This document shows positions 1 to 9,772 of a stretch of 61,148 nt of DNA, one piece after another. The DNA lies in IMG/VR virus record IMGVR_UViG_3300037408_000144, positions 1 to 61,148 of that record; one strand, 5' to 3'. Within the stretch, counting starts at the first letter, position 1. Each line of letters begins with the position of its first letter. The notes beneath the pieces are model-generated. The model had not been told where the DNA came from and searched no databases. It worked only from the letters and a program-made list of their open reading frames with translations. The DNA is from a virus (Duplodnaviria; Caudoviricetes). Position numbers and translations under genes: made by a program.

Positions 1-138
1 CAGCGCCGACACCCCGACCAGCGGCGTCATTCGTGTGGGGGACACGCGTTTCACCTACTCGGGCCGCAGTGGGTCGACCTTCAGCGGTGTGAGCCCGTCG
101 CCGAGCGGACAGACCGGCGCTTGCTGGGTGCCGCTGAT
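1..138. repeat. Terminal direct repeat / circular assembly overlap, left copy
   Basis: 1-138 matches 61011-61148 except C12 vs T61022. Confidence 0.95.
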
Positions 139-316
139 CGACGATGCTGCGAGTGGCACGAGCATTGCGTCCCCCGCCATGACCTTCGTCAGCGGCTTCG
201 ACGTGATCGCCCGGGTGCGCAAGAAGGGCATCCTGCCGTACGAGAACACGGCGACAATCACCTCTGCCGGCGCGTCCATCAGCGCAATTAGAACTACCGA
301 TTCGATAGTCCAGTAA
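1..316 (+). CDS. 3' end of the virion structural gene that starts at 59917 and crosses the join
   Basis: Same frame as the ORF from 59917; ends ...RTTDSIVQ with TAA at 314-316. Confidence 0.85.
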   Translation, partial: SADTPTSGVIRVGDTRFTYSGRSGSTFSGVSPSPSGQTGACWVPLIDDAASGTSIASPAMTFVSGFDVIARVRKKGILPYENTATITSAGASISAIRTTDSIVQ

Positions 317-318
317 GA

Positions 319-936
319 CTAGACGCCCGCCCATCGCTTCATCGTGACGATATCGTGCAAATACCTCGGGTTCAAGCCGTGACGCCTAGCGTATTCGGCC
401 AGATCACCTTTCTGCCACCCGGCAAGGTCGGCGCGGATGGTACGCACCTGATCTGCCGTGAAGCGCGTGCTGGAGCGGTTGCGCGCCTGTTCGGCCTTCG
501 TCGCAAAGCGGCAGTTCGCCGGCTCGTAGCCGCGGGCGTTGTCAATACGGTCGATGGTCAGGTCTTCGCGCCAGCCAGTCGCCCGCGCCCAGGTGGCGAA
601 CGCTTCGTAACTGTCCCATTCGCTGCACACGACGACGCCTCGGGCCACGTAGTAGGGGTCGTTGCCGCAGCGCCGACGCATGCTCAACCAAGCCCGGTGA
701 AGCGCGGTGCCAGTTTCTTTGTGGCGGGTGAGGTTGGCGCCATTGGTGACCGACCGCTCGCGCTTGAAGCAGCCGCAGGAAGTCGTGTTTCCGACGTGGA
801 GCGCAGCCGAGTCAACAGACAGTTCCTTTCCGCATTTGCAGACGCAAAACCAGTGGACGCGCCGCTTCGACGTGTCCCTGGAAAGCACGGTGAGTCGACC
901 GTATTGCTGGCCTGTGCGGTCTACAAAAGCGCCCAT
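319..936 (-). CDS. Free-standing HNH-type homing endonuclease (205 aa), antisense to the tail operon
   Basis: ATG at 936; motifs YGRLTVL, WFCVCKCG, TTSCGC, WLSMRRRC, TIDRIDNARGYEPANCRFATKAEQARNR; the track's extension to 1590 is a shadow frame. Confidence 0.85.
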   Translation of the reverse strand: MGAFVDRTGQQYGRLTVLSRDTSKRRVHWFCVCKCGKELSVDSAALHVGNTTSCGCFKRERSVTNGANLTRHKETGTALHRAWLSMRRRCGNDPYYVARGVVVCSEWDSYEAFATWARATGWREDLTIDRIDNARGYEPANCRFATKAEQARNRSSTRFTADQVRTIRADLAGWQKGDLAEYARRHGLNPRYLHDIVTMKRWAGV

Positions 937-972
937 GTGAGAAACAATGTTGTCGTGGGTGGAGTGTAGCCG

Positions 973-1680
973 ATGGCCCTGACGTTCAGCCACGACATCA
1001 AGCGCATCGCCGTCCCTCAGACCGATGCGCAGCCGCTGCTCATCCAGTCCTTGATCAACGCGATCCGGGACGAGGAGGCCAGCGAGCGCGGGATCTGCTA
1101 CGACCAGATCGCCGACGCGGCCGGCAAGGACACGCTGGCCTCCGGGGTGCAGGTCGGTATCACGCTGTCGCTGCGCTCGTCCTGGGCCCTGGAGTTCGAC
1201 CCCGGGGCCTACCAAGCCACGATCACTGGCGGGAACCTCGCAGACGCGCTTGCGCGCATCTACAACACCGGCAACCCGCAGGTGCTGATCAACTCCTCGG
1301 CTGCTGCGACGTTGGTCGAGGGAGGAGTCGGTGGTGGCGGTGGCTTGACGGCAGCTCAGGTGTGGTCGTACTCCACTCGGGAGCTGACCAGCGCGGCACC
1401 GCCGACGGCCGCCCAGGTGTGGGCGCACCCGACACGCGAACTGACGAGCGCCGCGCCTCCCACAGCCGCCCAGAACGCTTCGGCGGTGTGGGGCATGACC
1501 TTGGAGTCGGCGCTGAGTGCGGCGGAGATTGTCCGGCTCATGAACGCTGCGCTTACCGGTGACGCTACTGGGCTGGAAGGCACCAACCAAGCGTTCAAGA
1601 GCGTCGACGGGACCAAGACGCGCGTGGCGGGTACGGTCAACGCCGGGACTAGGACGGTCACAACGCGCGACGGGAGCTGA
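973..1680 (+). CDS. Virion structural protein with 19-aa TAAQVW..TRELTSAAPP repeats
   Basis: GGAG SD; typical codon use; tail-module context. Confidence 0.75.
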   Translation: MALTFSHDIKRIAVPQTDAQPLLIQSLINAIRDEEASERGICYDQIADAAGKDTLASGVQVGITLSLRSSWALEFDPGAYQATITGGNLADALARIYNTGNPQVLINSSAAATLVEGGVGGGGGLTAAQVWSYSTRELTSAAPPTAAQVWAHPTRELTSAAPPTAAQNASAVWGMTLESALSAAEIVRLMNAALTGDATGLEGTNQAFKSVDGTKTRVAGTVNAGTRTVTTRDGS

Positions 1681-1682
1681 CC

Positions 1683-2153
1683 GTGTGGCTCGGTAGCTGG
1701 CTCAAAAGCTGGCTGGGTCGCTGGTTCGGGACCGCGGACGTAGAGCCGCCGGTCATACCCGATGATTCCAGTCGGTACACCGTCGAGGTGCCCGCCGAGT
1801 ACCTGGAGATGACAGCCGCCCCGGACGGCGTGCTGCTGACCGTCGCCGCCGATCTGCCGGAGCAACCCCAGGCGCAGGACAGTCTTGGCGTCACCAGTGA
1901 CGTACGCACCCTGGACCCGGAAGCGCTCTACGCGGCGCTAGCCGCCTCTGACACGACCACGCTGTCCCCGGAGATCTCGACCCCCGCAGGGGTGACTACG
2001 GCAGACCAGACCGTGTTCGTGGCAGCAGACCAGACCGTACACCCCGTGCCGGCTGACGAACCGGCCGAAGTGGAGACGAGCGACGACTTGCGGGTGCTGG
2101 AGGATTCGACGAGCGACAGTCCTCCTCCCGACGAGCCCGGGCCGGCTGTATGA
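1683..2153 (+). CDS. Hypothetical acidic protein
   Basis: Fills the gap in a tightly packed operon; Trp-rich N-terminus. Confidence 0.55.
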   Translation: MWLGSWLKSWLGRWFGTADVEPPVIPDDSSRYTVEVPAEYLEMTAAPDGVLLTVAADLPEQPQAQDSLGVTSDVRTLDPEALYAALAASDTTTLSPEISTPAGVTTADQTVFVAADQTVHPVPADEPAEVETSDDLRVLEDSTSDSPPPDEPGPAV

Positions 2154-2161
2154 GCGATAAT

Positions 2162-2173
2162 CTTACACGTTAG
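2162..2173. promoter_or_regulatory. CTAAC-NN-GTTAG palindrome, 1 mismatch (CTTACACGTTAG)
   Basis: Intergenic copy of the recurrent motif. Confidence 0.6.
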
Positions 2174-2186
2174 ATGGAGCGTCCGT

Positions 2187-2477
2187 ATGGCAACCGTCCT
2201 TGGTAAGTTCACCAAACAGTCCGGCGAGACGCTGGACTACTACGTCGATTTCACCGACTGGTTCTCCAATCGGTCGGATGCCCCTGCGTCCCACACCGCG
2301 ACCGCAGACGCCGGCATCACGGTGACCACGAGTTCGCTGTCCGGCAACAAGGTCAAGGTGGTCCTGTCGGGCGGCACCAACGGCACGAAGTACAAGGTCA
2401 CGGTCAAGCTGACGACCAACTCGACACCGGCCATCGTCAAGGAAGCCGACTTCCTGGTCACGGTGAAGGACGTCTGA
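2187..2477 (+). CDS. Small fibre-tail adaptor-like protein
   Basis: KQSGETLDYYVDFTDW...LSGGTNGTKYKVTVKLTT, a common small beta-rich phage tail family. Confidence 0.7.
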   Translation: MATVLGKFTKQSGETLDYYVDFTDWFSNRSDAPASHTATADAGITVTTSSLSGNKVKVVLSGGTNGTKYKVTVKLTTNSTPAIVKEADFLVTVKDV

Positions 2478-2478
2478 C

Positions 2479-4134
2479 GTGAAGCTGCAGCTGCGCACGT
2501 TCACCGGGATGCGGCCGGCGTCGGCCGTCGACCTGCTCAAGCCGGGCGAGGCAGCTTCGGCCATCAACACCTCGTTCTCCGGCGGCGACCTGGAGCCCCT
2601 GAATGCCCTGTCCGCAGCTGTCGTCACGCTGACGTCAGTCCTGGAGCTGAAGACCATCTACCGTTTCGGGCAGTCCAACACCAACGAGGCGCAGTACTGG
2701 TTCCAGGCAGACACCGACGCCAACTTTGTCAAGGGCCCGCTGGACGGCGACACTGAGGAGACGACGTACTTCACAGGCACGTCGGCCGGGCCCTCCAAGA
2801 CACGCGCCAGCGTCGCAACTACAGGATCTCCGTACCCGTCCACGGTCTACAAGATGGGTCTGCCCAAGCCCAACACGCCCACCGTGGTGCTGTCCGGCAC
2901 GGCGACTGACCCGCAGTCGACTCCTGAGACCGTGGCCTACGTGGTGACCCTGGTGTCGCAGTGGGGTGAGGAGAGCGAGCCGTCGGCGCCGTCGGCGCTC
3001 GTGACGTGGCGCGCAGGACAGACCATCACCGTGACGTCGCAGACCTCTGGCTCGGGTAGCTACCTTCTGTCTACTGGGGCGAAGAAGCGCATCTACCGCT
3101 CGGCCACCGGCACCTCCGGCTCGGCCAAGTACCTGCTGGTGAACACGGATGACGCCTTGGCCATCACCACGGCGGACTACGCCGACACCAAGGCCACCAG
3201 CGCGCTGGGCGAGGCGCTGCGGAGCAAGAACTGGACGGAACCGCGCAGCGACATGTTCGGCCTCGTGCAGATGGCCAACGGCATCATGGCCGGGTTCAGC
3301 GGCAACACGGTGTGCTTCTCCGAGCCGTTCGTGCCCCACGCGTGGCCGCGCAAGTACGAGCAGTCGGTGGACGCCACCATCGTTGGCGGCGCCGTGTTCG
3401 ATCAGTCGCTGCTGGTGGCCACCAAGCGCAGCCTGTACCTGTTCACGGGCTCCGACCCGGCGCAGCTGACGTCCGAGCGGCTGGCCATTACGCAGACCTG
3501 CGTGTCCAAGCGTTCGATGGTGGAGATGAACGGCGGCGTGGTGTTCGCGTGCCCGGACGGCCTGGCCTACATCGGCCCGGGCGGATTCAAGCTGCTGTCC
3601 GACGGCCTGCTGACGCGCTCGCAGTGGCAGGCGTACAAGCCGGACTCAATGCACGCGTACAACACTGACACTGACTATGTGGTGTTCTACGACACCGGCA
3701 CGGTCAAGAAGGGCCTGCTGTTCAGCTTCGGCACGGAGATGAGTTTCTGCGAGCTGGACTTCTACGCCACCGCAGGGTTCCGCGACCGCGGGCGCGATGC
3801 GCTGTACCTGTGCGTCAACGGCACCGGGTCGAACCGAGAGATCAGGAAGTGGGACGCCGGCTCGGCGCTGTCGATGACCTGGGAGTCCGGCGAGTTCCGT
3901 CTGGAGGCCCCGGTGAACATGAGCGTGGCCCGAGTCGAGACGGTGGGGGCGGTGAACTTCGAGCTGCTGGCTGATGGGTCTGTGGTGTACGGCCCGACCT
4001 CGATCTCTGGCCGGCAGGCATTCAAGCTGCCAGCGGACTACCGAGCCACGCGGTTCCGCGTGCGGGTCAGCGGTACAGGCCGCGTGCGGTCCATCGAGCT
4101 GGCGGATTCCATGAGGAGCTTGGCCGATGGCTGA
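2479..4134 (+). CDS. Tail tubular / head-closure (nozzle-like) protein
   Basis: 551 aa, beta-rich; FSEPFVPHAWP and VFACPDGL motifs; directly precedes the fibre. Confidence 0.7.
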   Translation: MKLQLRTFTGMRPASAVDLLKPGEAASAINTSFSGGDLEPLNALSAAVVTLTSVLELKTIYRFGQSNTNEAQYWFQADTDANFVKGPLDGDTEETTYFTGTSAGPSKTRASVATTGSPYPSTVYKMGLPKPNTPTVVLSGTATDPQSTPETVAYVVTLVSQWGEESEPSAPSALVTWRAGQTITVTSQTSGSGSYLLSTGAKKRIYRSATGTSGSAKYLLVNTDDALAITTADYADTKATSALGEALRSKNWTEPRSDMFGLVQMANGIMAGFSGNTVCFSEPFVPHAWPRKYEQSVDATIVGGAVFDQSLLVATKRSLYLFTGSDPAQLTSERLAITQTCVSKRSMVEMNGGVVFACPDGLAYIGPGGFKLLSDGLLTRSQWQAYKPDSMHAYNTDTDYVVFYDTGTVKKGLLFSFGTEMSFCELDFYATAGFRDRGRDALYLCVNGTGSNREIRKWDAGSALSMTWESGEFRLEAPVNMSVARVETVGAVNFELLADGSVVYGPTSISGRQAFKLPADYRATRFRVRVSGTGRVRSIELADSMRSLADG

Positions 4135-7100
4135 CGAGATCGTCAAGCTGTCCGACCGACTGGCGGACGAGTTCGCCACGGGCGAGGCTGACCTTTCGCG
4201 CACCGCCGTCCTTCCCGGCGTCCCACCACCAACCGAGGACATCGCTGCCGTCGTGCGCAGCGTGCGGGCCCTCAAGACGGTCGTCGACACCCTGACGGGT
4301 ACAGCCGGGTCGGTGCTGGACAAGGCGGTCACGACGCGCGACCTGCTGGCGGACAACGTGATGGTCTACACCCCCTCGACGGGGTTGTCCGCTGGCGAGA
4401 CTACGAACGTGGTCGTTGGCGGAGGCGGCGGAGGCGGCGGAGGCGGTGATACGGGGTACGAAGACCCGCGCCCGGTACTGACAGTCCCGCCCACCCCGAC
4501 GAATCTCACGGCGATGGGGGCGTTCGCCAACATCATCCTAGACTGGGACTTGCTGGACTACCGCAACCACGCGTTCGTGGAAGTCCTGCGCCATACGGCG
4601 GACAACGTAGCCCTGGCCACGGTGATCGGCACGGCCTTGGCCAACCAGTACACAGACGCGACAGCTGTCGTGGGTGTTACGTACTACTACTGGGTTCGCG
4701 CCGTCAATCTGGAGGCTGTCACAGGGTCGGTCAACGCTGCTGCGGGCACGCCCGCAACGCTGGCTATCCCCGTGGGGCCTCTGCTCGACGCCTTGACGGA
4801 CCAGATCACCGAGTCGCAGCTGTACGCCACGCTTGAGTCTCGGATCAACCTGATCGACGGTAGTGGCGCGGGATCGGTCAACGCGCGTATCTCGGCGCTG
4901 TCGGCAGTCAAGGCGCGAACGTTCTATTCGGCCTCGGCCCCTGTGTCGGACGGTACGTACACGCTGCAGACCAACGACCTGTGGTACGACAGCGACGACG
5001 GCAACAAGCCCTACCGCTGGAACGGCAGTTCGTGGGTGGTTATCACCGACTCGCGCCTGACCACGGCTATCAACGACATCTCCAGCGAGACGACCAACCG
5101 CATCACGGCGGACACCGCCGAGGTCAGCGCGCGGGAAAGCCTGTATGCCGCGTTGTCCGGCACGGGGGCCAGCGGCTACAAGGTCTACAACCAGTCGGTG
5201 TCTCCTACCGGACTGACATCAACCGACATCGGTGCGATCTGGACGTGGAAGACCGGGGCCGGCGTCGAGACCTTCCAGCGATGGAACGGCACCGCCTGGG
5301 TTGACTCCCTGTCGAACAAGCGCGCGGCGACCTACCGCGGCGCGTCAGCGTCCCCCACGACCACAGGCAACGTCATCGGCGATGTGGCGCTGCGCACGAC
5401 GGACAACGTCGTTCTGATCTGGAACGGAAGCGCCTGGGTAACCCGCACGAACGTCGACCCTGTGGCGGCTTTGGTGTACCAGGAGCAGGCGGCGCGCATA
5501 ACGGACACGACTGCCGTGGCGCAGTCCGTCAGCAACGTCAACGCGCGACTGAACTCTGGGGGGGACACCTACACCTCCATCGTCAACGTAGACACAAAGG
5601 CATCGGCCAAGAGCGCGAACTTCGTCCAGGCTACAGCCCCTGCCAACCCGAGCAACGGGCTGGCGCTTCGCACGGGCGACCTGTGGGTGGACACGACCAA
5701 CGGCAACCTGCTCAAGCGGTGGAATGGCAGCGCCTGGGTGACGGCGGATGACACGCGCATTGGTGCGAGCGCCTCGTCTATTACGACACTGCAGAGCCAG
5801 ATGGACACGACCACGGGGTCGACGCTCTACTCTGCGGTTCAGACAGAAGCCAACACTCGTGCTACCCAGACGGGCGAGCTGTATGCGCAGTACACCGTCA
5901 AGCTGGACGTCAACGGATACGTTGCAGGCTACGGTTTGGCCAGCACTCCAGTGAACGGTGTTCCGTTCAGCGACTTCCAGGTACGGGCGGATCGGTTCTC
6001 CATCACGAACCCGAACGCCACGCAGGTAGCGATCAGCTCGCTCACCCGCACCACCACTACGGCGACGCTGAACACGTCAGTGGCTCACGGCCTAGTCGTC
6101 GGGGACACGTTCGCCATTCGCGGCGTGACCAACGACAACAACTGGAACCGCGGATGGAAGGTGCTGACGCGGCCGAGCACGACGCAGATCACCTTCACGG
6201 TCCCCAGCACGCTGACGACCCCGGCCACAGTCACTACGGCGAAGCTGTCGTCCGCTCGCATCCCGTTCATCGTCGATACAGGCGTGGTGTACATCGACAC
6301 CGTGGCCATCAAGGACGCGTCCATCGTCAACGCGAAGATTGCTAACGGGGCAATCGACAACCTCAAGATCGCCGACGGCACGATCCAGAACGGCAAGATC
6401 GCCGACGCCACGATCCAGAGCGCGAAGATCGCCAGCCTGGAAGCCTCCAAGATCTCAGCCGGCTCGATGTCGGTGGGCAACTACATCCAGTCGACGGGGT
6501 ACAACGCCAACGTCACGGGGTGGATCATCCACGGCAACGGCGCTGCTGAGTTCGGTGCCACCTCGATCCGCGGGCAGCTGACTGCGAACCAGATCGACAC
6601 CCGCAACCTAACGATCAAGGACAACGCCGGAAACATCATCCTGTCTTCTGGCGGTGCGAATGTTGTCGATGGATACCGTGGAACAAACCCGCTTCCACAG
6701 GACTTCACTACTGGGGAGAGTTTCTACTTCAAGGGCGTCCCCGATGGGTTTAACGGCCCGGTAGGGCAGGGCTACGGTTCTTTGAGAACCCTGCGCCCCT
6801 ACGGGGCGTCAACGGATTTCTCTGGTGGGGCAATAACCCAGTGGTTTGAAGCCAACGGACTTGTGTGGTCGCGGAAGTCAACCTCTGCAACTACGTGGGG
6901 GGCGTGGGAGGCCGTGCCCAACGGCACCATCACCAGTGGGAACGTCAGCACCTATATCGCCGACCTCGCAGTCAACACCCTGCAGATCGCCGGCAATGCG
7001 GTGACGATACCCATGTTGACTTATACCGCGGCGTCCACCAGCTACTATGGACCGGTATCGCACCCCGGCCCATACCCGTGGGACACTGTGCAAACCGTGA

Positions 7101-7405
7101 CGTTCAATTCGTCTGGAGCGCCGTGTCTCATTCAGGGTTCTGCGTATGTTACCCACTATCTTTCTGGCGGGACACCCGCCCTCGGCTACCGTATTCGTCG
7201 CGGATCAACAGAGTTGTGCATTGGGTGGCTGACGTCGGTTCCAGGGATAGCAACTCTTATAACTACCGGCGCCATTCAGGATACGCCCGGAGCGGGATCG
7301 CAAACATACTACCTCGATTTCATGATCAGCTACGGCGCGTCGAATATGTACGCGTTTCCAGCGTGCTCTAACCGTTCGCTGCTAGTGCTGGAGACCAAGC
7401 GGTGA
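4127..7405 (+). CDS. Tail fibre / host-specificity protein (DUF1983, tip-attachment-J-like)
   Basis: Fn3-like YYYWVRAVN; four WNGxxWV repeats; AQYTVKLDVNGYVAGYGL..FQVRADRFSI; IxxAKI repeats. Confidence 0.85.
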   Translation: MADEIVKLSDRLADEFATGEADLSRTAVLPGVPPPTEDIAAVVRSVRALKTVVDTLTGTAGSVLDKAVTTRDLLADNVMVYTPSTGLSAGETTNVVVGGGGGGGGGGDTGYEDPRPVLTVPPTPTNLTAMGAFANIILDWDLLDYRNHAFVEVLRHTADNVALATVIGTALANQYTDATAVVGVTYYYWVRAVNLEAVTGSVNAAAGTPATLAIPVGPLLDALTDQITESQLYATLESRINLIDGSGAGSVNARISALSAVKARTFYSASAPVSDGTYTLQTNDLWYDSDDGNKPYRWNGSSWVVITDSRLTTAINDISSETTNRITADTAEVSARESLYAALSGTGASGYKVYNQSVSPTGLTSTDIGAIWTWKTGAGVETFQRWNGTAWVDSLSNKRAATYRGASASPTTTGNVIGDVALRTTDNVVLIWNGSAWVTRTNVDPVAALVYQEQAARITDTTAVAQSVSNVNARLNSGGDTYTSIVNVDTKASAKSANFVQATAPANPSNGLALRTGDLWVDTTNGNLLKRWNGSAWVTADDTRIGASASSITTLQSQMDTTTGSTLYSAVQTEANTRATQTGELYAQYTVKLDVNGYVAGYGLASTPVNGVPFSDFQVRADRFSITNPNATQVAISSLTRTTTTATLNTSVAHGLVVGDTFAIRGVTNDNNWNRGWKVLTRPSTTQITFTVPSTLTTPATVTTAKLSSARIPFIVDTGVVYIDTVAIKDASIVNAKIANGAIDNLKIADGTIQNGKIADATIQSAKIASLEASKISAGSMSVGNYIQSTGYNANVTGWIIHGNGAAEFGATSIRGQLTANQIDTRNLTIKDNAGNIILSSGGANVVDGYRGTNPLPQDFTTGESFYFKGVPDGFNGPVGQGYGSLRTLRPYGASTDFSGGAITQWFEANGLVWSRKSTSATTWGAWEAVPNGTITSGNVSTYIADLAVNTLQIAGNAVTIPMLTYTAASTSYYGPVSHPGPYPWDTVQTVTFNSSGAPCLIQGSAYVTHYLSGGTPALGYRIRRGSTELCIGWLTSVPGIATLITTGAIQDTPGAGSQTYYLDFMISYGASNMYAFPACSNRSLLVLETKR

Positions 7406-7974
7406 AGTTCGCCATATGTACTGCGGCCGGGCAGATATTGCGCACTCTGTCATGTCCGCAGGATCAAGTCGCACCCAACGTAGGGACTGGCGAACAGGCC
7501 ATAGAGATCCCGGATGGCGTCGGCGACGACACGCACTACTTCGACGGCACGGACTTCGTTCCGATGCCCGCCAAGGCGCACGACTACCAACGGTTCGACT
7601 TCGCCACCAAAACGTGGGTGGACCCCCGCACTCTGCTGCAGGTTAAATCGACCAAGCGAAACGAACTCAAGTCCGCCGCGCTTGCTGCAGCCACCGCTGA
7701 CCTGACCGTCAGCACAGTGACCTTCAGCGTGTCTCTGGACATCAAGGCAGAACTGGCGCAGGAACTTGCCCTGGCGCAGGCCGAGGGGGCTTCGTACTCG
7801 CTGGAGTGGGAGCGTGCGGACGGAACCCCGATCACACTGACCGGTGCGCAAGTGCGCGGCCTGCTGCGGGCCATGAGTACCCGCGCCGCCAACATCAGAT
7901 CCACCCTGCGGACCAAGATTGCCGCAGTCAACGCCGCGACCACGATTGCCGAGGTTGAGGCCATCGAGTGGTAG
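7402..7974 (+). CDS. Tail fibre assembly / DUF4376-like protein
   Basis: GTGA overlap with the fibre; C-terminal AATTIAEVEAIEW. Confidence 0.75.
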   Translation: MKFAICTAAGQILRTLSCPQDQVAPNVGTGEQAIEIPDGVGDDTHYFDGTDFVPMPAKAHDYQRFDFATKTWVDPRTLLQVKSTKRNELKSAALAAATADLTVSTVTFSVSLDIKAELAQELALAQAEGASYSLEWERADGTPITLTGAQVRGLLRAMSTRAANIRSTLRTKIAAVNAATTIAEVEAIEW

Positions 7975-7980
7975 TGCTCG

Positions 7981-7992
7981 CTAACACGTTAG
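7981..7992. promoter_or_regulatory. CTAACACGTTAG palindrome next to extended -10 (TGcTATCAT)
   Basis: Perfect intergenic copy. Confidence 0.75.
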
Positions 7993-8025
7993 TGCTATCA
8001 TTCACACCCTGAACGGAGTAGACGT

Positions 8026-8316
8026 ATGATTGAAAAACTGCTTGCTGCCGGCGCGTACACCATCGGCAACCAGATCGACTACCGCACGATGCCGAGCGGT
8101 CGCTGCATCAACCTGGGGTACGTCGACGCCCAGGGGAACGTCACCATCGTTCAAGGGCAGCAGGACTTCGTCAACGAACTGCTGTACCCCGTCGCAGCCC
8201 CCCAAGCCGACCCGGTCGAGGTCGAGGACGTCCAGCCGCGCAAGCGTCGCAAGTCAAAGTCCGATACCACGGAAGACGTGCTGGATGACCCGAGCCTGGG
8301 ATCGCTGGTCGAATAA
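8026..8316 (+). CDS. Hypothetical protein
   Basis: GGAG SD; typical codon use. Confidence 0.75.
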   Translation: MIEKLLAAGAYTIGNQIDYRTMPSGRCINLGYVDAQGNVTIVQGQQDFVNELLYPVAAPQADPVEVEDVQPRKRRKSKSDTTEDVLDDPSLGSLVE

Positions 8317-8340
8317 CGTCGACGTACGGGGGACGCGCTC

Positions 8341-9771
8341 ATGACCCTAGACGAGTACTACCAACTGCTCTCCGCTGGGCAGCAGTACGTGCGGAATGCA
8401 CAGGCCGCCGACCCCGAGTGGCAGGAGTGGCAGCGTATCGCGGACACGTACACGCCCGACATGGGCGGTGCTCCGGCGTCCCCCACGACGGACTACTGGG
8501 GCAAGTACATGGCGACGCTGTCGCCCCAGCAGCAGGCTGAGTTCGCCCAGACGATGGCGCAGTTGAAGGATGACCGCTGGCAGACCTCGGTCGGCAACGT
8601 CATGCAGTACATCCCCGCCGCCGTGGGGGCAGTGGGCTTGGCTGGGATGGGTGGGTTGCTCGGCCCCAGTGCGGGTTTCCCTGGTACGTCGATCTTTGCC
8701 GGTCTTGGTGAAGCAGGTGCTGCTGCGGGCGCGGCGGAAGCCGCCACTGGCGCAGGGTTCGTCGGAGAGGGGGCGCTATCTGGGGTGCCTCTGTGGGATG
8801 GGGCGCTTGCTGGTGCTGGTGCGGCGGGGGCGGGTAGCTCTCTTCTCACTGGTGCCGGCAAAGCCCTAGCCGGCGCGGCGAGTTCCGTGCTCACGGGTGG
8901 GTCCGGTGGGTCCGGCGGCTCTGCCTTCCGCAACACGCTGACCGGCGAAGTCACCGGCGACCAGGAGAACCTGAACTCGCAGATGTACAAGGCGATGGGC
9001 GACCAGCTTGCCTTCAACCGCGAGCAGTTCGACTACTACAAGGGCCTGTCGGATCGTCAGTACCAGCTCGGACAGAACGTGTTCGACTGGAACCAGCAGA
9101 TGGCCAACGACGCCAAGGCACGGGCGGACAGGTTCGACAACCTGTACTTCGACACGACCGGCCGGCAGCTCCGCCAGTTCAGCGCTGATGTCGACAAGTA
9201 TGACTCCCCCGCGGAGGGGCTGCGCATGTCGGGCCGGGCGATGGCGGACGTCGAGGGTCAGCTCGACAACGCTCGCGGCGCACAGATCCGTGGGCTGACC
9301 TCGCGCGGGTGGAACCCGAACGCCGCAGCGCTGCAGTCGTCGATGGGCGACATGGAGCTGCAAGGGGCCCTGGCCAAGGCCAGCGCGTCCACGATGGCTT
9401 TCGAGGCGGCGAAGCGCGAGGGGCTGAACCTGCGTGCGATGGCGGCGGGCCTGGGCCAACCGAACGCCAACGTGGCGACCGCCAACACAGGACTCTCGGG
9501 CCAGCTGAGTTCGTCGGGATTGGATTCGTCCGTGAAGTCCATGCAGCCGGGTTTCACCAACCTCGGCCTGTACAACCAGGGCCAGGGCGTCGGCGTCAAC
9601 TGGGGCAATGCTGCCAACAGCGGTTACAACGCCATGCGCACCGGCAACAGCAGCTGGTCGGACAACCTGAACTACGGTGGCGCGCTGCTTGGCGGGCTGC
9701 GCGGGTATGCCACTGGCGGAACGTGGGGTGGTCTGGCCGGGGCTATCGGCGGTCTTACGGGGTGGGGTTGA
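8341..9771 (+). CDS. Internal virion / DNA ejection protein
   Basis: Gly/Ala/Gln-rich, coiled-coil-like; first of three genes of increasing size, as in podoviral ejectosomes. Confidence 0.7.
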   Translation: MTLDEYYQLLSAGQQYVRNAQAADPEWQEWQRIADTYTPDMGGAPASPTTDYWGKYMATLSPQQQAEFAQTMAQLKDDRWQTSVGNVMQYIPAAVGAVGLAGMGGLLGPSAGFPGTSIFAGLGEAGAAAGAAEAATGAGFVGEGALSGVPLWDGALAGAGAAGAGSSLLTGAGKALAGAASSVLTGGSGGSGGSAFRNTLTGEVTGDQENLNSQMYKAMGDQLAFNREQFDYYKGLSDRQYQLGQNVFDWNQQMANDAKARADRFDNLYFDTTGRQLRQFSADVDKYDSPAEGLRMSGRAMADVEGQLDNARGAQIRGLTSRGWNPNAAALQSSMGDMELQGALAKASASTMAFEAAKREGLNLRAMAAGLGQPNANVATANTGLSGQLSSSGLDSSVKSMQPGFTNLGLYNQGQGVGVNWGNAANSGYNAMRTGNSSWSDNLNYGGALLGGLRGYATGGTWGGLAGAIGGLTGWG

Positions 9772-9772
9772 T

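Noticed and set aside
355-969. 204-aa plus-strand ORF covering the HNH gene
   Set aside because: In-register antisense of the endonuclease; no SD or recognisable domain
1340-1475. 57-nt periodic repeat as a CRISPR-like array
   Set aside because: Protein-level repeat with synonymous divergence and no spacers
937-1590. N-terminal extension of the HNH ORF given in the track
   Set aside because: Antisense to the 973-1680 gene; family motifs start at the ATG at 936
6660-7405. Diversity-generating retroelement target in the fibre tip
   Set aside because: No reverse transcriptase and no template repeat seen
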